Positions 39,505 through 48,877 of a DNA stretch of 64,000 nucleotides are shown here, piece after piece. Source of the DNA: Candidatus Multivoradales bacterium (GTDB taxonomy: Bacteria; Acidobacteriota; Thermoanaerobaculia; Multivoradales; Multivoraceae); the NCBI GenBank assembly GCA_965223325.1, contig CBDCWI010000001.1:864001-928000 (forward strand), given 5' to 3'. The position numbers and the translations under genes were made by a program. Numbering within the stretch: the stretch's first letter is position 1; the number at the start of each line of letters is the position of its first letter. The notes beneath the pieces are model-generated. The model saw only the letters and a list, made by a program, of their open reading frames with translations. It searched no databases and was not told the origin of the DNA.

Positions 39505-40155
39505 TCATCCCGGCCAGCGAAACAAGACCGCAAACGGATCTCCGTCGGGACCGCTCCAGGGCGCGACTTCTTCAACGACCTCGAAGCCGTTGCTGGTCAT
39601 TTCGTGGCGGAGCTGCTCGATGGGGATTCCGTGACCGCCGCGATCGAGATCGCCGTCGACGTCTCCCCAGTTCTTCTGTGGCGCGGTGTCGATGACCAGG
39701 ACCAGCGCGCCGGGTCGCAGGGCGGCCGCGAGACTCCGTCGCATCGCGGCGGGGTCGTGAAAGTGATGGTAGACCATGCGAACGAGCATCTTGTTGCAGC
39801 AGCCGGCGGGTAGACCGGTCGTCGCTTGATCGCCGCGGTGGACTTCGATCTGTGAGAGAACGCGGCGTCGAGCTCGCTTCTCGATCGCCTTGACCTTGCC
39901 GTCAGTCACCTCGGTCGCGAAGACCCGCCCCTGGGTACCCACACGCTGGGCGAGCTCGATACTCCAATCACCGTCGCCAGCACCCACGTCGGCAACCCGG
40001 TCGCCCGCCATGAGCTCGAGCATGCGGCCAACCGCATCCATCTCAGCCTGATCCGCCGCACGGGCATCGACAAGACCGGCGCCACACGCACCAACCACCA
40101 ACACCACAAAAGCGACCGAGAGAATCGAAAGCGGCCTTCTGGTCAAGAACATCAA
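39505..40155 (-). CDS. Class I SAM-dependent methyltransferase, possibly exported
   Basis: VADVGAGDG, VYHHF, LRPGA; N-terminal hydrophobic segment. Confidence 0.8.
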   Translation of the reverse strand: MMFLTRRPLSILSVAFVVLVVGACGAGLVDARAADQAEMDAVGRMLELMAGDRVADVGAGDGDWSIELAQRVGTQGRVFATEVTDGKVKAIEKRARRRVLSQIEVHRGDQATTGLPAGCCNKMLVRMVYHHFHDPAAMRRSLAAALRPGALVLVIDTAPQKNWGDVDGDLDRGGHGIPIEQLRHEMTSNGFEVVEEVAPWSGPDGDPFAVLFRWPG

Positions 40156-40232
40156 CGCCTCCTAGGGCTCAACACCGCAATACACCAACCAGCGTACCGC
40201 TCCAGCACCCACCAAAGCCCACCCAGTCCACC

Positions 40233-40311
40233 CAGTCGGGCCGACTTGCCAGGCCTCCCGGCCCCGTGTCGCCTCCCCCCAGAGTCACCGCCCCAGTCGG
40301 GGCGACTTTCC
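40233..40311 (-). repeat. Two REP-like palindromes, left flank
   Basis: CAGTCGGGCCGACTTGCC at 40233-40250 and CAGTCGGGGCGACTTTCC at 40294-40311. Confidence 0.85.
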
Positions 40312-40510
40312 AGGCGGCGGGGCGGGCGGCGGCCTCCGCAGGCTACCCACGCCGCCGCAACCACCTCTCCACCCTCCCAAACTCGACGTCTACGCGGTCA
40401 AACTCCGCATCTCACCACCTCACTCCCTCCTCCAGACGTACCTCCCCCGTGTCCCGCCCATTCAGCAGACTCCTCGGCCCCTCGTCCGACCAACCGACCG
40501 ACTCCGCTAT

Positions 40511-41470
40511 TCAAGGGCCGGCACGCATCGCCTGCACCATCACGTATGGCAGCGGACTCGGAAACGTCCCCTCCGGGAACTGCGCCTCCAGATCTCCAGC
40601 CCGTTGACGGTCTCGCGCCCTCCGATGCGCTCGGAAGACCCAATCGAAAGCTGCCAGGAGCCGCGCCCGCTCCTCCGGGTTCCTCGCAATTACCCGAGGA
40701 CGGGGACCCAGTGTCATCGCCTTGGGTGTTCTGAAGGGACTCAAGCGAGACAACTTCCACTGACCCTGCGGCCGGGTACCCTCCCTCTCGTGACGCGCCC
40801 GCGTTTTCTCTTCGATCTCGACAATCATCTGCCGAACCCAGCCGCAGTACTCCTCGTCACTCAGGTGGTCGAAGCCGGGCAGCTTCGAGAGAAACACCGT
40901 CTCCTCGACTTTGAAGTCCTCCGCCGTCAGACGCCGACCAGCACGGGTCCGTTTCGCACGCCGAAGTGCCGTGCGGTCGATCCATTTGCCATGGAGCTCG
41001 AGGCGGCCGTCCCACAAGGCCCCGCCGGCGCTCACACCGGGCCACTTGCGCGGCGACGACACCAACCCCGCCGCGCAGCCCTGGGCCAGCACGTAGCGGA
41101 ATCGACGTGCGAGGTCTTCGGGGTCGCGACCGGGACAGGACGGCTTGTAGGGCGTCTCCCACTTCGGACCCTTCCAGCCTCGGAGGATCCGCAGTTCGAC
41201 GCTGGTTTTGTGCTGGACGTGATACATGAACTCGGCCATCTGCCCTGCGTCGCGGACACCTATGAGCATGTGGTAATGATTGACCTGGTAGTCCGGCAGG
41301 TAGATGCGGGTCCCGGTCAGGCGCTGGGCCCGTCCGATGATGCCCAGCAGGTTCTCTCGTAGCTCCGCGGATGGAGCGAGGAGGAAGGTGCCGTTGGTAC
41401 AACGGGCACACACCTCGACCACGGTCCAACCGCTCTCATCTGGCGGCACGTAGCGAATTTGGTGGCTCAT
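40511..41470 (-). CDS. REP-associated tyrosine transposase-like protein (IS200/Y1 HUH superfamily)
   Basis: ATG at 41470; RC...FLLAP, HUH motif NHYHML, MAEFM, W.G..W...Y, catalytic Tyr candidate in RYVLAQG..AGLV, WPGVS, C-terminal FPEGTF. Confidence 0.8.
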   Translation of the reverse strand: MSHQIRYVPPDESGWTVVEVCARCTNGTFLLAPSAELRENLLGIIGRAQRLTGTRIYLPDYQVNHYHMLIGVRDAGQMAEFMYHVQHKTSVELRILRGWKGPKWETPYKPSCPGRDPEDLARRFRYVLAQGCAAGLVSSPRKWPGVSAGGALWDGRLELHGKWIDRTALRRAKRTRAGRRLTAEDFKVEETVFLSKLPGFDHLSDEEYCGWVRQMIVEIEEKTRARHEREGTRPQGQWKLSRLSPFRTPKAMTLGPRPRVIARNPEERARLLAAFDWVFRAHRRARDRQRAGDLEAQFPEGTFPSPLPYVMVQAMRAGP

Positions 41471-41569
41471 ACCTATAGAAGATGGTGAGACGCCGCGCAC
41501 ACTTACAGAATCGGGAAAAAACTTCGCTGGACCGCCTCGAAATCCGGCGGCCAAGCCCTCGCAGGCCCA

Positions 41570-41780
41570 CCCAGACGATGACGTGGGAAAGTCGCCCCGA
41601 CTGAGTGGGATGGGTGGCTGGGCGCAGGGCGAAGGGGCGACCAGCAGCTGGCCCGCGGATTGTGGCGGGAAAGTCGGCCCGACTGAGATGACCGGGGTGG
41701 ATGCACGACCCAGGCCGGCGTGGCGTGGTGGGAGTGGTTGCCGACCCACGGGTTGTGGTGGGAAAGTCGGCCCGACTGAG
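41570..41780 (+). repeat. Three 36-bp REP-like direct repeats, right flank
   Basis: Units 41570-41605, 41652-41687 and 41745-41780, each ending GGGAAAGTCG(G/C)CCCGACTGAG; spacers 46 and 57 bp. Confidence 0.88.
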
Positions 41781-41797
41781 CTGACTTTGGGAGCCCG

Positions 41798-43342
41798 ATG
41801 AGTTTCGATCTGCAATCACCCACCGTGCCGGCGGCTCGGCTGCGCCAACTCGAGCAGGCCAGCCGCAACCCGCCGGATCCCGAGGGTCGGTACGTCCTCT
41901 ACTGGATGACGGCGTTTCGCCGTACGCGCTGGAACTGGAGTCTCGACTACGCGGTCGACGTGGCCAATCGACTCGCGAAACCGCTCCTGGTCCTCGAGGC
42001 GGTGCGCGCCGGCTACCCGTGGGCGAGTGATCGCCTGCACGCCTTTGTCGTCGCTGGAATGCGTGACAACGCGCGAGCCGTCGCGCAAACGAAGGCGCAC
42101 TTTCTCGGCTACGTCGAACCGCTCGCCGGCGCCGGCAGTGGACTGCTCGAAGCCCTCGCCGCCCATAGCGCCCTGGTTGTCACCGACGACTGCCCGACGT
42201 TCTTCCTGCCGCGCATGCAGGCCGCGGCCGGCCAGGCCATCGACCGCCCGCTAGTCGCGGTCGACTCGAACGGCCTCCTGCCGCTCCGTTCGACCGACAA
42301 GACCTGGAGCCGCGCCCATGACTTCCGGCGCTTCCTGCAGCGCACGCTACCGGAACACCTGCTCGAGATGCCCTCGCGCACTCCTCTCGACCAGCTCGAA
42401 ACCGACCACGACGATCGCACCGCCCGGTCTATCGACGATATCGCCGCGCGCTGGCCGTCCGCCTTCTGCGTCGACCAGGATGACCGAGAGCTCCGCCAGG
42501 GCATCGCGAATCTCCCGATCGACCACTCCGTCACCCCGACGGGCCTGCCTGGAGGACCGGTTGCCGCCCGCGAGCGTCTGGCTGGCTTCATCTCCAACAA
42601 CCTCGGGCGCTACCTCGACGGCCGACTCGACCTCGAAGACCCATCGACCAGCGGCTTGTCTCCCTACCTGCACTTCGGCCATATCGCGGCCGCGGAAGTC
42701 TTCGCCGCCATTGCGGATCGCGAATCGTGGACACCGCTCGACACGAGCGATACCGCGACCGGAGCTCGCAGCGGCTGGTGGGGCATGAGCGAGGCCGCCG
42801 ACGCCTTCCTCGACCAGCTGGTGACCTGGCGTGAGCTCGGCTTCAACAGGTCGGCGCGCGAGGAGGACGCGATGGACCCCACTTCACTTCCCAACTGGGC
42901 ACAAGAGACGATCGTCGCCCACGCCGCCGACCCGCGGCCCTACCAATACACCCTCGAGCAGTTCGAAGACGCCGCTACCCACGACGAGCTCTGGAACGCC
43001 GCGCAGCGCGAGCTCACAAGCGACGGGCACATGCACAACTACCTCCGCATGCTGTGGGGCAAGAAGATCTACGAGTGGTCGAAGACCGCTCAATCGGCCA
43101 TCGACGTCATGATTCACCTCAACGACAAGTACGCCCTCGACGGCCGCGACCCCAACTCGTACGCCGGCATCTTCTGGTGCCTCGGGCGCTACGACCGTGC
43201 CTGGGGACCGGAGCGCCCGATCTACGGCAAGCTCCGCTACATGACCTCCGAAGGTGCTCGCCGAAAGCTGCGACTGGGTACGTACCTGAAACGCTACGGC
43301 CCAGAGCCCGGCCTGGTCTCGGCAGGCGACGCCGACAGCTAG
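41798..43342 (+). CDS. phrB: Deoxyribodipyrimidine photolyase, class II CPD type
   Basis: YVLYWM, SGLSPYLHFG, HNYLRMLWGKKI, DGRDPNSYAGIFWC, GKLRYM. Confidence 0.92.
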   Translation: MSFDLQSPTVPAARLRQLEQASRNPPDPEGRYVLYWMTAFRRTRWNWSLDYAVDVANRLAKPLLVLEAVRAGYPWASDRLHAFVVAGMRDNARAVAQTKAHFLGYVEPLAGAGSGLLEALAAHSALVVTDDCPTFFLPRMQAAAGQAIDRPLVAVDSNGLLPLRSTDKTWSRAHDFRRFLQRTLPEHLLEMPSRTPLDQLETDHDDRTARSIDDIAARWPSAFCVDQDDRELRQGIANLPIDHSVTPTGLPGGPVAARERLAGFISNNLGRYLDGRLDLEDPSTSGLSPYLHFGHIAAAEVFAAIADRESWTPLDTSDTATGARSGWWGMSEAADAFLDQLVTWRELGFNRSAREEDAMDPTSLPNWAQETIVAHAADPRPYQYTLEQFEDAATHDELWNAAQRELTSDGHMHNYLRMLWGKKIYEWSKTAQSAIDVMIHLNDKYALDGRDPNSYAGIFWCLGRYDRAWGPERPIYGKLRYMTSEGARRKLRLGTYLKRYGPEPGLVSAGDADS

Positions 43343-44475
43343 GGAGCGGTCGCAGTCACCAGCTCTTCGCCCGCGTCGCCGTCATCGCCCTTAGCACCGG
43401 TGATCTTGCCCAGACCCGGCGACGGTATCGGGAACAGGCGCGCTGGCACTCCGTCGTAGAACTCGTCGAGCTCCTGCCCCATCAGGGTCGACTCGGGGAG
43501 CGGCAGCAGACGCTCCTCCAGGTGCGGCCCCCCGGACGACTCGATGTCATCGTCGAGACCCAGCATGAACGTGAACCCGACGCACACGAGAATCGTCAAC
43601 ACGCGCCATCGCCACGAGTACTCGGTTGCCCGACGCAGACTGGCTCGCAGACCGAGCAGAAGCACGATGCCCAGCCACACGGCCACCGCCCAGCGCCATG
43701 ACGCAGATGGGTCCAATAGGAAGCTTCTGGCCTCATGCACCATCCAGGTCATTGCAAGCGGTACGCCGAGCAGCGCCGCCACGAAGGCGTGCGAGAAGAA
43801 GTGCGCCCCACGACGCAAGAGCCGCCCGAGCAGAGCAAAAGACAGAGCCCAAGAACCCACCAACAAACCAACGCCGAGGACTGCACCCAAGGCAGCTTCC
43901 AACCCGTCCGAACCCCAGTCCTCGAAGAAGAAAGGCAAGCCGCCGACAACCACCGCTAACAGAGCCAACAGAACCGCAGTCCACGGGCGCCTCTGCGGCA
44001 AGGTCGCCAGCGAGTGCCGGAGAAGCGGCCGCGCCTCCGCCACCGCATGGCTCGGCGTGAACACCCGCAGCCTGGTGCGCCCCACGGTCAGCTCGCCACC
44101 CGACTCGAGCGCCGTCGCGACGGTCACTTCGCGGCGCCTCGCCCGCCGGCCGGGTGGACGGTAGGAAACCCCGTTGCGACTGCCGAGATCCTCGACAAGC
44201 CAGGTCTCTCCATTACGATAAAGCCGAGCATGTCGCGGCGAAACGAAGGGGTCGGTGAGAATCAACCGATTCCCGAAGCCGCGACCGAGCGTCACGGAGT
44301 CGCGAGCGATGACTTCGAGACGAACGTTTCCAGCGCCGTCGGTGACCTCGACGATGAGCTGCGCCCCGTTCGCTCCCTGCCCGCGCCCGCCGCCGCCCCC
44401 TCCGGCGAGAGTCCCGCCGCGAGCTGTTTTGTGCTCCGACACGAGCGGCAGCCACATCTCGGTGCCTACTCCCAC
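43339..44475 (-). CDS. FHA-domain membrane protein
   Basis: LGRG..N...DPFVSPRHARL...DLGSRNG followed by about five TM helices. Confidence 0.85.
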   Translation of the reverse strand: MGVGTEMWLPLVSEHKTARGGTLAGGGGGGRGQGANGAQLIVEVTDGAGNVRLEVIARDSVTLGRGFGNRLILTDPFVSPRHARLYRNGETWLVEDLGSRNGVSYRPPGRRARRREVTVATALESGGELTVGRTRLRVFTPSHAVAEARPLLRHSLATLPQRRPWTAVLLALLAVVVGGLPFFFEDWGSDGLEAALGAVLGVGLLVGSWALSFALLGRLLRRGAHFFSHAFVAALLGVPLAMTWMVHEARSFLLDPSASWRWAVAVWLGIVLLLGLRASLRRATEYSWRWRVLTILVCVGFTFMLGLDDDIESSGGPHLEERLLPLPESTLMGQELDEFYDGVPARLFPIPSPGLGKITGAKGDDGDAGEELVTATAP

Positions 44476-45800
44476 CGCACCGATTCCTGCATTCGCTGCA
44501 AGAACATGAGCCCTGCATCACGGCCGACTCCGCGAATCGCCACCTGCAGGAGCAACCCCTTCTTCGGGTCGCCGAGGGCAGCACTGCTGAGGTAGAGGTC
44601 GTAGAGTCCTGGCAGGTCGTCGTACGGTCGGGAACAGATGGCGGTCTTCCAGTACACCGAGGCCGCTCTGGTGAAGCGGTCATAGCATCGGTAGCTCGAA
44701 CTCTCGATCGCACTCAGGTGATCGCTGTCGAGGCTGGTGCCATAGGCGGCGCCGTAGCGACCGTAGAAGCGCACCGGGTCGACCGCCAGCGACTCGTAGA
44801 CCTTGACCTGGTACTCGATCTCGCCAGTGCGACCACCGTAGCGAAGGGAAATCGAGCGGTTGTTCGAACACCGCCTCATACTCCAGGCGACCAACGTGTC
44901 GTCGCTCACCGGTCCCTTGTTTGTACGACAGCTGAAGTCTTCGCCGATTTCCAACGGCGACACCGCGCCGGACAGGCCGGCTGCCTCCCACTCAGACCGC
45001 AGCAGACCCTCGATCGTGCTTTTCTGGTTGTCGATCAACTGCGTCGCGGCTTCTTCTGCCCAGGTCTCGTGATTGCGGCCTCCCTCTTCGAGATGCCCAC
45101 GCAAGAACTCGGCCGGGACGAGAAGTCCGAGGTCGTCGCCGCTTCGACGCGCGACGTTGACTCCGACGACGGCGCCCTTACGGTCGAGCGCCGGTCCGCC
45201 ACTCATTCCGTGGTTGATTCCACCTGAGAACAGAATCTCGCCATAGCCCTCAGCAACCTCGCCGCCCCACGTTCCCTCAACGATCGTAAGGCCCAGCCCG
45301 AGTGGATTGCCGAGCGCGAAAGCCACATCTCCCCGCGCTGGGGTATCGCGCGCCAGGCGAAGCGCCTTCTCCGGCCGCTCTGGGATGCGCACGGTTGCCA
45401 GGTCATGCACCACGTCGACACCCTCGACCCTGGCCGGAAGCGGCTCGCCCTCTTCACCACAACTGGCCTCGAGCAGGTAGTCGGGATCGTCCAGGGCAGT
45501 CGTAATGACGTGGTAGTTGGTCACCAGCAGGCCGTCGCCCACGTGAAAGGCCGAGCCCCGCGAGTCCCAGTCGCCACTATCGGCATCGACGACCGCGAGC
45601 TTGCAGAGCGCCGGCCGCGCCTGGCGAAACACACGCCTGGCGGTGGCATCCTGCGCAACGACCCCAGGCCCCTCCTGGGCCGCGGCAGACCCAACGACAG
45701 CGGGCACCACGCAGGCGCCCATCATGACCACCACCCCCCAGACCCGCAGCTGAAGAGGGGGCGAATAGGCAGTCGAGGGCTCGCGCGGCTGGTCTGGCAT
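44466..45800 (-). CDS. Trypsin-like (S1) secreted serine protease with a C-terminal extension
   Basis: Triad motifs TNYHVI, HDLA, GMSGGP; GNPLGLG; signal peptide. Confidence 0.88.
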   Translation of the reverse strand: MPDQPREPSTAYSPPLQLRVWGVVVMMGACVVPAVVGSAAAQEGPGVVAQDATARRVFRQARPALCKLAVVDADSGDWDSRGSAFHVGDGLLVTNYHVITTALDDPDYLLEASCGEEGEPLPARVEGVDVVHDLATVRIPERPEKALRLARDTPARGDVAFALGNPLGLGLTIVEGTWGGEVAEGYGEILFSGGINHGMSGGPALDRKGAVVGVNVARRSGDDLGLLVPAEFLRGHLEEGGRNHETWAEEAATQLIDNQKSTIEGLLRSEWEAAGLSGAVSPLEIGEDFSCRTNKGPVSDDTLVAWSMRRCSNNRSISLRYGGRTGEIEYQVKVYESLAVDPVRFYGRYGAAYGTSLDSDHLSAIESSSYRCYDRFTRAASVYWKTAICSRPYDDLPGLYDLYLSSAALGDPKKGLLLQVAIRGVGRDAGLMFLQRMQESVRWE

Positions 45801-46247
45801 CGGGGGCTCTAGAGAACGTCATGCCGAGTTCGGCAAAACCTACTAATTATACGATTTCTACGTTAACTACTCCAACTCCATCAACCGAGCCCCACAAATC
45901 CGCGTCGACAGAGGCGTTATCGGCTGCGGGAGGAGCCACTCTGTCCTCGGTGGCAGTCTCGACCGCTGGCCGGGCATGGCACGAGGCCGCCAGAACCGAG
46001 GCGCAAGGGAACGGATACTCACGATCCAACCATCGCAGTGGTCGGTTGGGTTCCTTTCCTGCCAGGGATTCCCCTTAGGGTCGCGGCAGGCTTTTCGAGG
46101 CGCCGGCACACCCTCGACCAGAGTGTCCCCAGGCTGCAAGAATCTGGGATCCGGACGGTCCCGGTCTCGTACGCGAGCCCGAGGGCAGGTACCCCTGGGA
46201 CCGCCGCCGCTGGCCGGCTGACGGACCTTCCTTGCGAAGAACCCACC

Positions 46248-47273
46248 GTGCGACGTTCACCCACCATTCCAAAGGAGCGCCTCACCGCCGCGGTGATCCT
46301 GGCCCTGGCGGCCGCCATCCTCAGCGGTTGCAGTACCGCCACCCGGCTGTGGTTGGGCGCGAGCTATGTGCAAGTCCCCTCGGAGGAGGGGACCCGCGCC
46401 TTCTGGGATGTCACCTACCGCGCCCGGACGCCCGATCCGGAGCGCCACGTTCTCGACCTCTACCTGCCCGACGAACCCGGCTACCCCACCCTGGTCTTCG
46501 TACACGGCGGCTCGCTGGTGCGCGGCAACAAGGACCTCTCCCTCGGCGGCTATGACATCTACGCCAACATCGGTCGCTTCTATAGTGCCCGTGGGATCGG
46601 TGTTGCCGTCGTCGAGTACCGGCTGCAACCGGAGGTGCGCTGGCCCGAACAGGTCGACGACGTCGCCGCCGCCGTCGCCTGGGTCCAGGAGAACGTTCCC
46701 TTGCACGGGGGCTCGAACGACGTCTACCTCGCGGGCCACTCGGCCGGCGCCTGGTTGGTGGCTCACGTCGGCACCGACCCTCAACCCCTGGCGCGCTACG
46801 ACAAGAGCCCGCTGGACCTGCGCGGCGTGATCACCATCAGCGGCTCCGGCTTCGACATGGAGGACGACCTCACCTGGCACTTGTTCGGCCGCGAACGCCG
46901 CTGGCGAAAACGCTTCCGCGCCGCACCTGGCGACCGCGAGTGGAAGAGCAACGCCTCGGTGGTCACCAGAATCGGCGGCAAGGTCCCGCCGTTTCTCATC
47001 CTGCATGCCGAGCGCGAGTGGGATGCTCTCAAGCGCCAGAACCTGTTGCTCAGGACGGCACTCGCCGAACGCGGCGTCCCAGCCGTCGTGGAGCCGATCG
47101 AAAAGGCTACCCACCGCCGCACGGTCCTGATGATGAGTCATCCCGAGAGCCCGGTAAGCGCCTCGGTCTTGCGATTCGTCAGAGGACCCGAGCGAGTCCT
47201 CGACCAGGCTGGCATGCAGCCTGAACGAACGACCGATCCTCCTCGAAGCGGCATCGGCTGGCCTGGCGGCTAG
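46248..47273 (+). CDS. Alpha/beta hydrolase (esterase/lipase), probable lipoprotein
   Basis: HGGS, YRL, GHSAG nucleophile elbow, PPFLILH; lipobox LSG-C; GTG start at 46248 chosen. Confidence 0.85.
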   Translation: MRRSPTIPKERLTAAVILALAAAILSGCSTATRLWLGASYVQVPSEEGTRAFWDVTYRARTPDPERHVLDLYLPDEPGYPTLVFVHGGSLVRGNKDLSLGGYDIYANIGRFYSARGIGVAVVEYRLQPEVRWPEQVDDVAAAVAWVQENVPLHGGSNDVYLAGHSAGAWLVAHVGTDPQPLARYDKSPLDLRGVITISGSGFDMEDDLTWHLFGRERRWRKRFRAAPGDREWKSNASVVTRIGGKVPPFLILHAEREWDALKRQNLLLRTALAERGVPAVVEPIEKATHRRTVLMMSHPESPVSASVLRFVRGPERVLDQAGMQPERTTDPPRSGIGWPGG

Positions 47274-47578
47274 GGTTCGCCTCGGACTTTAGCCTCGACG
47301 CTATCGATCTTCTCCTGCATCGACTGGACGCGATCGGTGCGCGTCCCCAACCGCAGGGTGCTCGAGATCCGGGGTGCCCCCAACGCGTGCACGACCTCGT
47401 GACAGCGCTTGACCGCATGCATGACCTCGTCCCACTCACCCTCGATGTTGGTTCCATAGGCATGCATGGCGAAGGTGAGACCTTCCTCCTGGAGAACTCG
47501 CTGACACTGAGCGACGTGCTCGGAAACCGACACTCCAACCCCCAGCGGGATGACACAAAGATCAGCGACCAACTTCAT
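47270..47578 (-). CDS. MTH1187/YqgV family thiamine-binding protein
   Basis: PLG...SVS.HV, HAYGTNIEGEWD, TRTDR, KIDSV. Confidence 0.9.
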   Translation of the reverse strand: MKLVADLCVIPLGVGVSVSEHVAQCQRVLQEEGLTFAMHAYGTNIEGEWDEVMHAVKRCHEVVHALGAPRISSTLRLGTRTDRVQSMQEKIDSVEAKVRGEP

Positions 47579-47644
47579 CACCAACACCTCCAACGTCTTT
47601 GGAACCTTTGGGACTCCGGAGTTGCCGGCTAGGATGTGCGCATC

Positions 47645-48877
47645 ATGTCCCAACTCCGCATTCTCGCGGACCCGGCGCGCTGGACCGCGCGTTCGGGCCT
47701 CTGCATCCTATGTCTGACGCTCGCTCTCCTCTCCTCGTGCATCACCGGCTGCGGTGAGCCGGACGCCCGGGAAGCTCGAGGCGCAGGCCCACCTGGTGGT
47801 CCCGGAGCCGGCCCGCCGCCGCTTCCGGTCCAGGCGGCCGCGGCAGCGCTGCGCACAAGCGCGATCGAGATCCCGCTGACAGGCTCCCTCCGGAGCGCCG
47901 AAACCGCCGTTCTAGCGGCGGACGCATCGGGCGTTCTGGTCTCCCTGAACGCTCCCGAAGGTCGACCGGTCGCTCGCGGGCGCCTGCTCGCCCGGCTCGA
48001 CGACTCCGAAGCGCGCGCCGCGGTCAAGGTCGCCCAGGCGCGCCTCGACAACGCCCGGGCGGTGCTCGAACGCACTGCGCCACTTTTCGAAGACGGCGTC
48101 GTGTCCCGGCAGATGCTCGACGACGCGCAGGCAGAACTCGACACTGCAACCGGTCTCCTCGACGAAGCCAAAACGCGACTCGCCAAGACGTCGCTCCATG
48201 CGCCCTTTGCCGGCGTCGTGGGAATCTCGGATACCCAGGTCGGTCAGTACCTGGCCCGTGGTGACCCGATCGTCACTCTGACCCGCGTCGATCCGCTCGA
48301 GCTCTTGTTCGCGGTGCCCGAAGACCAGGCTTCACTGCTCAGCCTGGGTCTGCCGGTACGCGGTCGCGTCGGTCGCTGCGGGGAAGCCTTCGAGGGCGAG
48401 ATCGCTGCCATCGACCCGGCGCTCGACCGCTCGAGCCGCACGCTTCAGGCAATCGCCGACGTTCCGAATGAGAGCGGCACTCTGCGACCGGGCATGTCCG
48501 CGCGTCTGGCCCTGGTGCTCGACCAGGAGAGCCAACAACTCGTTGTGCCGCGCGAAGCCCTGGTTCCCCAGGGGACGGGCTACCGCGTCTGGGTGGTCGC
48601 CGACGACAACTCCGTCGAGGCGCGCCCGGTCACCGCCGGCAGGTTTCACAGCGACGTCGTCGAGATCACAGATGGCCTGCGCGAGGGCGAGCGGGTGGTG
48701 GCCGCTGGGTGGCAGAAGATTCGCCCGGGCGGCAGGGTCACCCCGACGCCCTGGCAGCCGACGAACAACCCGAACCTCGAACTCGGCGGTCCAGGGGGTG
48801 TCACTGGCGGCGCGGACTGCCCACCGGTCTCATCCTCCTCGGCAGAACCCGCTTCGAACTCCTCCACACCCGCATGA
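47645..48877 (+). CDS. RND efflux periplasmic adaptor (membrane fusion protein)
   Basis: Lipobox, G..V..G.LLARLDD, APFAGVVG, LRPGM, GL.EGERVV. Confidence 0.92.
   Translation: MSQLRILADPARWTARSGLCILCLTLALLSSCITGCGEPDAREARGAGPPGGPGAGPPPLPVQAAAAALRTSAIEIPLTGSLRSAETAVLAADASGVLVSLNAPEGRPVARGRLLARLDDSEARAAVKVAQARLDNARAVLERTAPLFEDGVVSRQMLDDAQAELDTATGLLDEAKTRLAKTSLHAPFAGVVGISDTQVGQYLARGDPIVTLTRVDPLELLFAVPEDQASLLSLGLPVRGRVGRCGEAFEGEIAAIDPALDRSSRTLQAIADVPNESGTLRPGMSARLALVLDQESQQLVVPREALVPQGTGYRVWVVADDNSVEARPVTAGRFHSDVVEITDGLREGERVVAAGWQKIRPGGRVTPTPWQPTNNPNLELGGPGGVTGGADCPPVSSSSAEPASNSSTPA

Larger units (their letters stand above)
40233..41780. mobile_element. RAYT/REP-type locus: HUH transposase gene flanked by inverted hairpin repeats
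   Basis: Y1 transposase-like ORF with two repeat copies on the left and three on the right in opposite orientation. Confidence 0.75.

Noticed and set aside
41570-41780. True CRISPR array
   Set aside because: Only three units, divergent 5' halves, uneven long spacers, inverted copies on the other side of a transposase and no cas genes; a REP-like reading fits better
40511-41815. Full 434-aa ORF as the transposase
   Set aside because: The N-terminal 115 aa are translated repeats (VGPTFP x3) and overlap the photolyase start; ATG 41470 is the more plausible start
46040-46200. 6S RNA, SRP RNA, RNase P RNA or tmRNA
   Set aside because: No signature motifs or typical gene context recognised
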